From Azolla caroliniana (lineage: Eukaryota > Plantae > Polypodiophyta), in contig JBHGNT010000005.1 of NCBI GenBank assembly GCA_043228905.1, positions 7,006,001 to 7,070,000 of the forward strand: a stretch of DNA of 64,000 nucleotides. Direction: 5' to 3'. The notes beneath the pieces were generated by a model. It saw nothing but the letters and a program-made list of their open reading frames with translations, did not search any database and was not told the origin of the DNA. Position 1 is the first letter of the stretch; each line of letters starts with the position of its first letter. The translations under genes and the position numbers were made by a program. Shown here one piece after another: positions 50,621 to 63,960 of this stretch.

Positions 50621-51332
50621 TGTTGGGAGACAGGTCCCTCTGGATGTGAAGGGAGAAGAACAGTGCCGACGAACAAACTCGGCCGAGGCCGAAACGGTAT
50701 GAGGAGTAGCCGGCTACGGAGAACCGGATGGTGCAGGCCCGGTGTGAACCGGATGAGGAGTACCCGGCTACGGAGAGCCGGATGGTGCAGGCCCGGTGAG
50801 AACCGGATGAGGAGCACCCGGCTACGGAGAGCCGGATGACGCAGACCCAGTGAGAACCGGAGGAAGAGACATATTCGTAAATATGTTTCTGAGAGCCCAT
50901 CGAGGCTATATTTGTAAATAGCCGAAAAGTCATATTAGTATAAATATGACTTAGGGCAAACTTTTAGTTGTTGTTGCTGTTATTTTTTTGTTGGCGAAAG
51001 AAGAAGAGAGAGCGCGTAACTGTACAGAGAGAGAGAGAGAGAGAACGAGGTTGTTGCCTCTGTTGTAACCGCCGCCTGTGGCGAAGATCGTGAGCACGAG
51101 GTCGTTGCCTCCGTGAACTCACTGTTTGTACATTCTCACATAGTGACAGTTTGCAGCCTGTGGACTGCCGTGGTTTTTCCCCTAGTTTGGGGTTTTCCAC
51201 GTAAACCTCCTGTGTATTGTGTGTATCTTCTCTCTCAATTCGTGTCGTGCATTTGTTTCCCGTTTTCTGCGTATGAAAAGAAGCTCGGTTGTGGCCGAGT
51301 GTTGGACATAAGGAGCGTTTGAGTTCCCGTCA
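50621..51332 (+). mobile_element. Copia-type solo LTR in the LINE-C endonuclease
   Basis: tgttggga...tcccgtca ends; TSD AGAAT/AGAGT (1 mismatch); ggttttccacgtaaa motif; internal 57-bp repeats at ~50697-50865. Confidence 0.85.
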
Positions 51333-51475
51333 AGAGTAACTAATTAAACCAACATTCTGATGATCTTTATGCTCTACTGCACATAAAACATCCCATTGCT
51401 CACTTAACACAATCCTCCAAACCTCATGCATTCTAAATCTAGAACACAATCCCCTCACATTCCATGTGGTGGTCT

Positions 51476-52888
51476 TCATACTTTATTTTTTCCTTTTATT
51501 TGAGAAATCTCCTTCTCCTTCACTGCTAATGTTTCTGCCATATCCTGAAATAAATCCCCTAAGATTGCATATGAATTACTATGGGAATGCAAAACTCCAG
51601 ACCCCGATGGCTCCTCATATGAACGAGGCACCGATTTCCGTTTATTCCAAGGAACATACAAATTACCTTTATTATCAAAAGATAATTTCTTTGGATAGTC
51701 CTCTTGACGAGCCCATGGTTTATTCCGCATGGGATGTGTCGGTGTGACCTTCTCCATAGATACATTATGCCCAACATTTTTATTAGACTTCTTCATCTTT
51801 CCAGAAACTATTGACCATTGTCCTTCATCCTGTAGAGTCTTTCCATCCTTCTCATTCACAATTTGTGGTTCCTTTGTTTGCTCTAAAATTGTCAAATCTT
51901 GAATCTGATCATGAGTTGTAGGCTCTTCATGTACCACTTCCACTACACTATTTCTTTTTTGAGGACATTCAGCCATAAAATGCCCCAACACACCACAATG
52001 GAAACAATGTCCTGCAAATGTACCCCATTTAAGCCGAAAATACATAGGTGGCATACCAGAACATGCAATTTGTAAACAACTTGGCCTCTTTATAGCAGTA
52101 TTCCAAAGAATACACATCCGATATCAATTTTGAGCATTAGCATTAGGAGGCACCAAGATCTTTCCCAACTTTTCCATCGTTGACTGTAATATTGGCCAAA
52201 CCACTAAATATGTGCACTCTACCTCAACCCATACGGGACACTCTTGCTTTAATATATCTTGATATTCCACTAATGGTCTCCACGGCACAATATGAACCAA
52301 ACTTTTCTCATAAAAAACTGGCAATTTATTGAGTAATTTCTCTTTATACTCTTGTGATACCAAAACAACCTCATAAAATCCACGAGGACCAGCATAAACA
52401 TCCTGAACACAATCAGCTTGTAAAATCCCACGTAACCATTGTTTGACCCTCCAAAGGAAAGGTATCTTTCCCGTGAAAAACAATATGACCCCTTTATCAC
52501 AAAAATTAGCAAATGAGCCCAAAAACTCCTTATTGTCTATTTCTACCTTAGCCACTTCATCATCAACAAACTCCTCAACAACTTTCACATTCTCCCTTAT
52601 ACAATCTTCCATTAATATATTTGCCATGCATCTTAAATGTTCCCAATGACTATCATCTTTCTCAATATCATCTTGTCGCATTGCATCAACATAAGACATG
52701 TCATTACTATTATCTCCAATACATCGTTTTCTTTTACCGTCCCCTCTTGGGCTTGATACTGACTCAACCATGCACGCATCCTTTGAAGAATTTGGAGACT
52801 CATCCATATTCATGAAAACACTACCATCCATATGACAAGAAATAGGAGAGAGTTCACTTACAAGTAATTGTGTTGGAGAATGAATCAA
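51476..52888 (-). pseudogene. LINE-C ORF1 (DUF4283-like region plus zinc knuckle)
   Basis: GVILFFTGK, GPRGFY, PVWVE, CFHCGVLGHFMAEC; one in-frame TGA at 52124-52126. Confidence 0.88.
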
Positions 52889-53098
52889 AGCAAGCGATCA
52901 GGAGATGCATGCAGTCGAATGGAATTTTTACTCGTAACGTTCTACCAAGACCTCCAAATGATATGTGTAGATACTCTTTAGAAAGCTCTATGTGCAGGCT
53001 TCAAAACGAGCTAAAGAACAAAGGAAACGGACAACGTAGCAAGAAGATACATCAAAATTAGTGTTTGCCCTTCTCCAACATCTCCGAACTTTGCGTTT

Positions 53099-53129
<31 letters not shown>

Positions 53130-54069
53130 TGGTGAAAATACACAATTATATTAAAAAAAGTGTGTGAAAAACACTGCTTACGATGGAGTATGGTCACCCA
53201 CTAACTACACTACATGGGTAGTGGAACAGGTTGAATTGCCAATAAGCAAGACAAAAACTCCACTAAGGAAAGAATTTCCACTTGCTCCAATAAAGAAAAT
53301 TGTCACATTATTACTCCCTTCAACTTTCACAAATATGCTTTTACTCCATCAAATGCAAAAGCACTACGCATATCCCAATTATGATGCAATCCCCAATATT
53401 TGAGAAATAGGAAAACGATCACCATCTCTGATTTTGGGTCAACCTATTTAAATTGTGCAAAGACCCATTGTCGAGGCGTGAAATAACACTGTGATAAAAC
53501 TTGCCAAATTTGAGAAATATAACTCCAAATCTGACAAGCAATCAGACATTATATAAACCGATGTGTACTATCTTCTATTTGAACAGTGCAAAAGAAGCAA
53601 TTACTCGTTGCTACTCCACAACGCTTTAGAGGTAATCCTAGAGTCAATCCTCGGCAATCAAAACTCTCCAAATGAAGACATTTGCTACAAGTGGCAATTT
53701 ATAATCCCAACTACGTTTTAAGATCTGCCTCCACCCATGAATAGATTTGTGTATTTTCCATTCTTCTTCACCCTTAGATGATAGCCATCCAAGAGACTCG
53801 GTTTAATCGTTTGTTTCATTTGGGGATCAAAGAGGTGGGAGATATAGTTAAGGCTCCATCTCAAAGAATTTTGGAGTTTGTCGAAGCGCGACAATTGTTA
53901 TGCATCCCGCCTAATTATAAGTTTATATGGCAACAACTATAAAATATTGCATTGATGCAAGGTCCTTTACCTCTACAAACAAGCCGTGGATTGATTGGTG
54001 TGTACGGGTTCAAACATCGTTGTCACAAGTGACTACTAATCTTTTGTATAATTGCTCCGTTGAGTCTCT
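53130..54069 (-). mobile_element. LINE-D: 5'-truncated, 5'-inverted LINE copy inside a (TC)n tract
   Basis: 53130-53799 on minus encodes the ORF2 C-terminus (ESLGWLSS..., NVFIWRV, CFFCTVQIEDSTHRF). 53800-54069 on plus encodes the immediately preceding segment (LGIKEVGDIV...LCIPPNYKFIW...SVESL). Confidence 0.88.
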
Positions 54070-54149
54070 CTCTCTCTCTCTCTCTCTCTCTAGAGTTCTG
54101 AATGTATCCATGGACCCTCATTTTTCTATCAAGGCTTGTCAAGATTGGT

Positions 54150-54385
54150 CATTTCTTACCATGGTTGAATATAACCACTTTGGGATTAAGTCTACTAATT
54201 GGTCTACCTAGCTTGTTGGTTTAGTAAACGATAATGATCCATCATGGTTAGCCATCAAGAAAGGTCATTTAATCCTTTCTTTATTGATACTAGAATAACA
54301 TAAGATGAAAGACGTGAATGTTTACTTGGAGCTTTTAATATATGAGTTAGAGAGGCCTTGGGAAGGTATTGATATGGTGAATCAA
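54150..54385 (+). mobile_element. CACTA/En-Spm Tnp2 transposase fragment
   Basis: FGIKSTNWST*LVGLVNDNDPSWLAIKKGHLILSLLI...DVNVYLELLIYELERPWEG resembles the Transposase_21 core. Confidence 0.75.
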
Positions 54386-56344
54386 AATAAATATGGATCC
54401 AAAGGACGACAAATTTGCCTCACATTTCATAATAAGCAATTTAAAAAGGCTAAGTAAAAGAATATTTTAAGGGTTCTTAACGAACCCCCAAGAGACAAGT
54501 ATAATGCCCCATTGAATATGTCATTGCATTATACCTTGGACCTGAGATAAATATATATCCAAACGAGGAGAGCTTTGCTTCACATATGATGTCTAAACAA
54601 CATCTAATCATTTTGGAGGTGGATGACCCAAATTTTCACAATGTTATTTTATGCTACTACAAACTGGTGACACATTAAGTTAATGGAGTTATGATGATCT
54701 ACCAAGACATGACCCTAGGGCCTATAGTTGTGAGTTTGCAAACTAGTGGCATGATCATATTAAAGAGAGATGCATGTGTGTGGGGCGGTTATAGACCCAA
54801 TTGTTTTGGTTCATGCGTGGTTTACTCATCTCATCCAAAAACCATGGGCATATGATCCGTTCCTTTAGCATTAAGTTCATCAAGTTGTATTGACATGGTC
54901 ACTTGAGTTTATATTCATTGAAGTGTGGACTCAAATTTCCTTTTCTTTTGAACAATAAAATTAAGGGATAGTCTGACCATTTCAATGTCTTCATATTCAT
55001 GGAGCAGTTGACTCAAACTTCCTCATTTTTTGAAGACCAAGTTAAGACAATAAAAGAGCCTCGTTAATAATAAAATTATTGTAAAGTTTCTATTACTAAC
55101 CTCAAGTTTAATTTCCAGAGCTCCCAAATTTCATCTATAGCCACATTCTTGAGTACACGAACCTTGAGTAGAGACCAAAATAAACGCGGTCATGACTCAC
55201 TCGATATAAGCATTAAGACATGTACTTCTATTGGGATGTAAATATTTTCAATTGGGTCACATGTGAAAAAAATCGAAGCCATTTAAAGGGTGATAACTTT
55301 GGTTGATAATTCTTAGTGGTGACTATTATAACATGTACACATCTATTCAACGTCCCACATGGGCAATATGAATGTTACGAAGAAATACGGATGTATGATG
55401 TATCTTCCTTCTAATTCATTGGCAAACATAAATTTGATGTACATACCTTTTCTCCGCGTGAAGATTTATTTCATAGAGTGTTTGCATCAAGCTACACTTT
55501 ATGTATGATCTCGAAACTAGTTTTGTTCATGGTGTGACAAGTCCACTCTTGTAATGCTGATATCAGCCATTTACTTACGAAAGCCCCAAGAAAACAACAT
55601 ATATTCATGATTTGCGCACATTTTTTTTTGTTTCGCTATGAAGCCATCAACGTGTCACCATTTGATATTCGTAGAAAAGTTGCATATACCGACGAATATG
55701 CAAAACACCAATTTCTTTTACCTTTTCATTTTTTTTAGTAATGAGAGGGATGGGTACATGAAAGATGTGATGAATGACACGGATGGCCATAAGCTACAAA
55801 GGGTAGTACACGACTTTTTTCGAGCGGGTGCTAGAATCTAAGTAACGCGAGGAATGGGTCCTAGAAAGAAATGGTAAGTGAATCTTCGAAATATCATACT
55901 TTTGCGAATTCAATGAGGGGGATTAGTAGATGAGGAAGGAATGTTGGGGGGGGGGGGGAGGGGGTGTAATAAGATGAAGTGAGAGTTCGATACACGTTTG
56001 TTCGGTAAGCTATATTTATCGTGGGGTGGGTGGTTGAGATGGTAAGAATGTGTGGGCGTGAGCAGCAAGCAATGCAAGCCAACGGAGAGATGCGAGGGAA
56101 AAAGTCGGGGTGACCATGTGTTATGTAGTAAATGATCGGCTCTTCAGGATGAAGAGTATATAGTTTGGTCATAGGCCCTCGGCCCTCGGCCAACATGTTT
56201 ACACTAATGTAAATGTTGGTAATTGGCCCTCGGCCATATGTAGTGTGGTGGTGCATGTTTATCTAGGGCCAAATCTAGTGTTTATGTGTAAGCATGCATA
56301 GAGAGAGACACACATAGAGAGAGAGAGAGAGAGAGAGAGAATGA

Positions 56345-56549
56345 GATAAGGCTTCTGAGTCATGTTTAGGATAGCGTGTGGATGACCGGCTGTGGAAGGA
56401 CACGTGGCAGTTGCCCGCCCAAAGAGAAAATTTTACCCTGCCCACAGAAAAAACAGAAATGGATAAGATCCACAATAAAATACAACGTAAAAATAAAATT
56501 AACTAATTAAATTAATTGATCTAATTATTTTTCTTTTTTATCTATAAAT
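56345..56549 (+). promoter_or_regulatory. Putative light-responsive promoter of the DnaJ gene
   Basis: I-box GATAAG at 56345 and 56462, G-box CACGTG at 56401, TATAAAT at 56543, then a pyrimidine-rich 5' UTR. Confidence 0.5.
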
Positions 56550-56633
56550 TCAATACCTCCCTTCGTAGTTTCGTCTTCTTCTTCTTCTTCTTGTTTCTTT
56601 CTTTCTATCTTTCTCTGCAGCCTCCAAGCTTCA

Positions 56634-58600
56634 ATGGCGACCTCCGCATTCTCCTCCACTTCCACCACCGCGTTTTCCTTCAGAAAAGCTCGTGCTTTCT
56701 CTCACCCTTCTTCTTCTTCTTCTTCTTCTTCTTCTAGAAAGTTTTCCCCCCCTCGTTCATCCATCGCTGATCCTTACTCTACTCTCGGTGTCCCTGTCGG
56801 TGCTTCTGAAGAACAGATCAAGAAAGCACGTAGAAAGTTAGCGTTGAAGGTATGTGTACACGATTTCTTCTTTTTGTTCATTCTGCGTTTTATTCACGCG
56901 TATATACTGATGATCGCATTCCCCGCGCAATCGTAGGATTTTGTCTGTTTTACTTCTTTCCGCTCTTTGGAAGAAATTTCTGCGTTTATAGCTTCTTCTT
57001 TACGTTTTTGGAGCAAAATGTCGGCGTCTAAGAACATTTTGTTTCTCTATGCTTCGTCTTTGGATAAAATGGTCTGAGTTTGGTTTCTCTCATAGCATTG
57101 TTTCACTTGTAATTATTTATGCGTTTCTTCTTTTGGAGTATTTTCTGACTAATTTGGGGTTTGTGCCGTTTCTGACTATTTGGCAGAAATTTCTAGGTCT
57201 TTATTTCTCTCCCTGGCTTATTTCCAAGTAATCCTAGCGTCAAATTGTTATTTTCTCTCTATTGTGCTCATCTTTTTCCTTAATAATTTAGGGTTATATG
57301 TGCTAATAGTTTATTCTCTTGCTAGAATCGCCTGAACTTAGGGTTAGTGTACTTGTACTGTCGTATTTATAAGGGAAACATTTTATTCGTTTATCTTGAT
57401 GCTTTAACTAATCTTTGCATTATTCAAGAGGGAAATACTATTCTTCATTCTTCCTGATAAAGTAAAAAATTGGGGTTATGTATCTGATTACTCATGTGTT
57501 CGTGCTTTGGATGAAAGTTAACGATTTTCTAATGTTTTTGTCTTTTTTAATTTCCAAATGAAATGTAACATCCTTTATTCTTCACTCACTACCTAGCCAC
57601 GGAAGATCTTTTCCTTCTTTGATCAGTTGTTATCTGGTTGTGGTTAATGTTTTTTTATCTGTTTATTTCATTCCTTTCTTGTTGATCGTATGGTTATGGT
57701 TGATGGTTCCTTTTATTCCTTTTGTGTTCATTATATATGGTTGTGTTAGGAGTTTTTGTCTGCTTTTTTCTCCGTTGTGTTTATCATATGTTTCTTTCTT
57801 CTCCTGTTCAATGCCATTGTATCCTTGTGACCCAGTCTGATTCTGATCCTCGTTCCTGTTAACAGTTTCATCCTGATGTTTGCAAAGACGATTCTTCTAC
57901 AGCGAAATTTATTCAAATAGAGCAAGCTTATGAGGTAAGAAAGTCGTCACTCTGAATAATCAAACTATTGTGTAGTGACATACATTTCAATCCTAATTTA
58001 TGATTGATTTATTGAAGAAATCTCTTTGCAAAAAAAATCACAGAACAACCACTTTAAATTGTTGCTATTTTTTTAAATAGATCTGCCCGAGGAAATCTTA
58101 GAAAATCTATCAGGATTACATAGAACTATAGACAGCAGCTTGGAGAAATTTTGGATGATATGGCCAGTAGTTATAGGTTAGATTAGGTTTCAGCTAATCA
58201 GAAATTTCGCAATTTTTTTTTTAGCGTTATAGCTAATTTGAAATCATGGATCTACCCTTATTAAATAATCATATGATTAAATAAGATTATAGTGCAAAAA
58301 TTAAATAATTGAATAATTGAATTCCCTGCTTTTGCTAGGGTGTTGCATGATTTGAGCTGTTTATTTTTCCTTGCGTTTTTCACCATGAATGCTGATTGTT
58401 TCCTTTTATCTGTTTACATCCTTATGCAGACTATTATGGATTGCTTGAATGGGAAAAAAGCTGAACCTCAATATGATTACGTCTATGAGGGCTCAATGGG
58501 CATAAACAATGAGTTGTGGGAAGATTGGGAGGAATGGATGGGTTGGGAAGGTGCAGGTATTAGAGATTATTCATCTCACATCAACCATGCTGTGCCATAG
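56634..58600 (+). CDS. ATJ8: Chloroplast small J-domain protein (ATJ8/DJC22-like); exons 56634-56849, 57866-57934, 58430-58600
   Basis: Ser-rich transit peptide; DPYSTLGV...IKKARRKLALK|FHPDVC J-domain; C-terminal WEEWMGWEGAGIRDYSSHIN signature; phase-0 GT-AG introns. Confidence 0.9.
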
Positions 58601-60399
58601 GAAGATTCATTTATGCCCCAAATCTTCATGCAATGATTTTTCAAAGGAAATTCTCGTGCGACAAGAATTATCATACGTTTGATAATTCTGTAATTATCCA
58701 CCGGCATCATTGTTTGCTTTGATCATCACCACTGTCAGCGAGCATCATTCTGTAATTATAGCATCATTTGCATTCATCATTGTCGTCATTTCCACTGTAA
58801 ACCATACCAGCATCATCATTGTCAATATCTTCAAACGTCATCATCATCATCATTACTGATTGACTAGGATTTTATCCTCATCCTCATCCTGTACATATAT
58901 CAGCATTATCAGATATGGTTGGCCATTATGGATTTGGTAACCATTTTCATTTTCATCATTCTGGGACTGTCATCGGCATCACGTGATCCTGATATCATTA
59001 CCATCAGCATTTGTAGAAAAGGAGAATCATCTTAACTTATACCCCACAACATTGTATATATCTCCTATAAACTTTTGCTGATCTTTTTTTATTTTGTTTG
59101 GTTGATGGGGGAGGAATGCTAGTGGGATTTATTACATAAGAATAGAGTCCCCAACACCTCCCATGTATCTCTCCAGAAGGAATGTGTTGACCTTATTATG
59201 AGCTTTTTTGTATATGAAGCTCGAGGCCTTTATTTGCCCACATGTAAGAGCTTTTTCGGCTAATTATTCAATGGAGATTTATATAAAAACAAATGCGTCC
59301 ATGGTTTTGTTTCATGCTCATGTCAAGAAGTTTTGAAACTTGCTTACTTGGGCTTGTGTCAAATAACATACACAATGGGTCATGGAAACCCTAGATCACT
59401 TTGTTGTTTATTTCAGCTTGGAGGTATTGAGAAGAGGTGTGCATAATCCCATCTTGAATCACATACAGATCTGTGGCTTGTGCTAATGGAAGAAACCTTC
59501 ATTTTATCTTGGAAGGATCTAAAGACGGATAGCGGAATTACATTAAATTATGTGGCTTTCAGATGAAGACAAAGACATGTTAGCGTGGCATGAAATTCAG
59601 CAGCCTAACATAATCCATTGCACATAAAGTCTCCATTATTGGGTGAAACATGGGTTGAGGATTTATTATACGCTCATCATCGATTTATCTTTTATCAGCT
59701 GAAAAGGTGTACAGTAGATAGATTCTGTATTGATGTATATACAAATTCGTTTAGTTTGTTAGAGTATTGGCGGTGCTTTAGCAATGTGTATATCCATTGT
59801 TTTGGCAATGTCTGCGTAGGAATATCTTTGCATACCAATATTATGTGCATTGGTTTTGACCATGGGGACCCCTAGCCCTTGCCATCTTGGCTCATCTTTT
59901 TCCGTAACTGTGCCATATTGGGCTCCATAGAACAACACTTTCAATGATCAATGATAAGTAAAAAATTGGGCATCAACTTTCAATCCATGTTTGTTTGCAT
60001 TTTCCTTTTATGATCAGCAGAAATTTGGGCAATCAACTTTCAATCCATGTTTGTTGTTTGCATTTCCCTTTTGCTGATCACGTCTTGTGACATAAGCAGG
60101 CCCAATTGGATGATATTTCTAATCAATATGTCAAATTATTTGGTGCATTTTCACCCCACTTAGAAGTTTCCCATTGTTAAATTTGACAAGGGCTCATTAT
60201 CTAATTTGTCATTTACCATATACATGATAACACTCTTAGTATCATATTATTTATATGGTAAGAAAATAAAATGGGTCTTAAATAATCCGTTATTTATTAC
60301 ATATAGTGGTAAAATGATTGAAACCTGAAAACTTGCTCCCATTTGAGTCTTGAGATATTGAAATTTGAGAGGCCGAAATGAAAACACGTACATTGAGCT

Positions 60400-63300
60400 C
60401 CATATGAATGTATTACATTGAGTATAACAAATAAATGCATATCCATTTTCAACGGTATTTGAGTGTCAAATTCTCACACTATAATCGTTACAAGAAACAT
60501 CTCACATCATCTTCTTTAATCACTACATTGGCCCACCATTTGCTGTCATTTTCTTCCCATGACATTCAAATTAAGATACTAGGGATTGCATTGTCCACAA
60601 CATGGTTATTTCATCAAATATAGTGTCAACACAATGGTTTTAATTCATTCCACTTTATATACCAACATCTACTACGTGAGCTTTGGGTTATTAGAATGCA
60701 TGGAGAGAAATCAAGACTACATAAAAAGTGGACTAAATGGACAAGTTTAAAAAGTGTTTCAACTTTATTGTACCATTTTAAGAGAGCAGACTTCTTTGAG
60801 TTTCACCCTATTCAATGAATACATAAGAGACAAAAGTTCATTGCATCCTCAAAACATTCCACACATTAGGAGTCCTTTGTTGAAAAAGAAAGTGTTGATA
60901 TTTTGTTGCATACTAATATTAATGCCCATTTTCTTCATTTGCTACCAATTGTCAAATCCTTGCGTGGAATTTCATTTTGGACAACATTGCTTTGGTTATA
61001 CCACCTTTTGCCAACAAGTGCAATCACAACATTTGCTTGATCTTGATTCACCTGATTTTGGTAGGTTCTACCAACAAATGAATTGTAATAATCTTGAACG
61101 CGTGGGACACCCACTCGAAACATATGAGGAGAAGATCCCATGTAAGAAATATGAAAAAATGTTAGATGGCCCAATGTAAGAAGTATGTGCCAAAATGAAG
61201 CCCCTTCTTCTAAAATGAAATAAGCTTGCTTTTGATGCATTGATAAAAGGGTGTATAGACTATATAACATGTTTTCCCATTTGTGAAGAAAGTTGCTAAG
61301 TTTCTCCATTCATTGTTAGTAATCAATTTCTTTTTTGTATCATTTTCCAACAGGTGCCCAGCTTCACTTCTAAAATTAGACCATAATTATGATATGTATA
61401 TAAAAGCTTATTTGTCTTCGAAGGATATATAAAAACTTATAAGGCAAATCAACTCAAACAAGAATATTAAATCGTATATAACTTGAGACGCACATGTCAC
61501 TCAAGTAACAAGGTGATAATGAGTGTGTTCATATTGGTAGTTTGGACATGAGTGGGAACTCCTATTATTAAAGGTCATATTTTGCTTTTGTTCAATGTCT
61601 TCTTCAACAAGAGGACCCAAAACCCAACCAGAGCAGAAACTTGATTTTATTCAAATTGTTGTTTCGTCTTCTTCTTCTTCTTCTTCTTTAGTGAGAGGAA
61701 TCAAAATCCAAATAGAGTAAATATTTTATTTGTTGGAATGTACATTTCCCCTTCATGAGTTCAATTCTATGATGAACTCGAACCCCCAACAATTGCCCTC
61801 ACTTGGAAAGGACAAAATCGAACACTACTATCCATGGGCATCTCTCCTAAAAAGACACTAGACCAAGAAGTGGGTGCTCTTCTAGGGGCAAGGAAGGCAA
61901 ACCTTAAAATGAGTATCACTACGTGGCAAAACAAAGAGGATTCGGGAAAAATGCAAGTCAAATATAAGTGCTCAGAAATGAACTCTCAACTACCATTTCC
62001 CGACGTTCAAATTAGTGTTTCTCTTGTGGGTCAAGGACATGAAATCCAACATTGACAAATGCAAACTTCAACTCGAGCATGGGCACTGTCCCCATAGCTC
62101 CTTGATTGTTTGCATCACACTAGTTGCATCTATCAACACATGTCTCAAATTTATGTGGAGTTTCCACAAAGAGACTCTTTGGAAAGGATGACGTCTAACA
62201 TATACATACAAGCATAAGTCAATGAGTAATTCCTTCCGCAAGGAGTCTCTACGGAGAGGATGAATTCAATCACCAAGGCTGACAAAGCTATGAGCACCTC
62301 CTATTTGTGAATAGTAACGTTTGATTTTGGTTAGGTCTATGAGTAATGTCTGCCCTTGGGGTGCATTATAGAACCGACTCTCCAATAGGATGCAATCAAG
62401 TGCCAATAACATTGTAAATGAACAAGAAACTTCTTCGCGAATGATGATGCTAACCATTGACAACATTGTGACTGAACAAGTTGAAGTATCCTCTTCTCAA
62501 ATGATGCAATCAAGTGTCAACAACATCTTAATTGAACAAGCAACCTCTCATTGAAGGAGGCAATCGAGTATATTTAACATCGTAAGGGAAGAAAATGCAT
62601 CTCTTCAAAGGATACAATCAAGTGGCAACAACATCCTCATGAGATGAGTAACCTCTCTCCCAAAAATGTAATCTAATGTCAAATGTTGTAACATGAGCAT
62701 ATTTCCTAGATAAATAGTAAAGGAAATGCAAAAGAAAAACCAAAAGCAAACATAATTTTATTGCAAAAAGAGAACCAAGTTGTTACTCTTTCTCCATCTC
62801 AAAGAAATAAACTCCAAAAATGTAATCAATCTTTGTTGGATGCTTGACTCCAAGATTGTTGAATTCTCTAATGCATGTCCCCTAGCATATATTTCTTCAA
62901 ATGCCAAAAAATCACAAAGAGAAACATCTATAGTATAGATTATTCAGCTTCAAGATCACGTAACATTGACGTTTCTTTGACAAAATTGGGAATGAATAAG
63001 ATAGTGACAAATAGTTGCTACCTTCAAAGTGTGGACACTTACATTAGAAAACAAAATAAGACATGACATTGCAAGCAAAGGGCAAAAAGACGTATCAATG
63101 ATTAACCACTAGAAACCCATTCGAGGGAGTGAAAAATGAGTAATGTTCACAAGAATTGTAAAAAATGTGTGAACTTCATAAAGAGAGAATGATTGAAGTT
63201 GAAGGGTGATAGATTATTGTGTGAGTTGCTTCTCTTTTCAAAAGTTCTCAACTTACTTTTGAGACAAGGCTCTTAAAAGCAATAGATTGCATCTATCTTT

Positions 63301-63960
63301 AAGCACTTATTCACTTGAATTCAAATATCTTAATATGAAATTTCTACTTAGCAAGTCCATCTTAATTCCATAAATACCTCTCCTCTGTTGAAATACCACA
63401 ATTGCTTACAAGAGCTAATTACATCGATGCAATTGTGGTAATTCAACTGAAAAAAGGTATAATTTTGGACGAATACATAACATTGTGGATCATTGTGGTC
63501 ACCGGAAGATCCATTGCCATGATCACAAACTAGTTGGACAACATTGTCTTATAGCAATGTATTGGATTCAAGTATATCTCTTACATGAAGAGGATCAAAA
63601 TTGTGTATCATGTTTAAATCCATTTGCACACCTATACATTCATGGACATAGTCTAGCAATGTCTTGCAATGATAATGCCCGAAAGGGATTCACTATATCT
63701 AAATCTATTTTATAACTTGCATTCAAAGTTTTCACTAGGTAAAATGACTCTATAATTTGCATTCAAAGTTTTCATTGAATTGCCTCCACTTTGTATATGA
63801 TACCCTTGCTTGTGTAAATAATAAAATTGCATAAAAAAAACACCATATGTTGAACACAAATGAAAGTTTGCATATACTTAATAATGATAGGCAACAATTG
63901 GATTTGTTGGTTTAGTAAACTGACATGATAAAGTTCTACATATTTCATTGTGGCTGACAT
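60400..63960 (-). mobile_element. Heavily decayed Ty1/copia pol remnants
   Basis: Minus-strand HIKIFEF/ILRYLNSS-like RT-RNase H junction near 63310-63340 and integrase/GAG-pre-integrase-like fragments at 60500-61350; many stops. Confidence 0.5.

Larger units (their letters stand above)
46461..51479 (-). pseudogene. LINE-C ORF2 (AP endonuclease, RT, CCHC), disrupted by a solo LTR and a few stops
   Basis: 1116-aa open segment 46461-49811 is in frame with the endonuclease segment across the stop at 49881. Confidence 0.9.
46246..53103 (-). mobile_element. LINE-C, near-full-length L1/Tx1-like element flanked by (GA)n at both ends
   Basis: ORF1 52888-51476 (one nonsense at 52124; CFHCGVLGHFMAEC). 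ORF2 from ATG 51479 (MKTTTWNVRG), GDFN, RLDR, ISDH, RT with ALADD, CFFCFVELEHSRHRFISC. TC tracts at 46210-46245 and 53104-53129. Confidence 0.95.

Noticed and set aside
49881-50933. 350-aa ORF with a repetitive N-terminus as a novel fusion gene
   Set aside because: Chance read-through from the solo LTR's 57-bp repeats into the LINE endonuclease; the true ORF2 start is at 51479.
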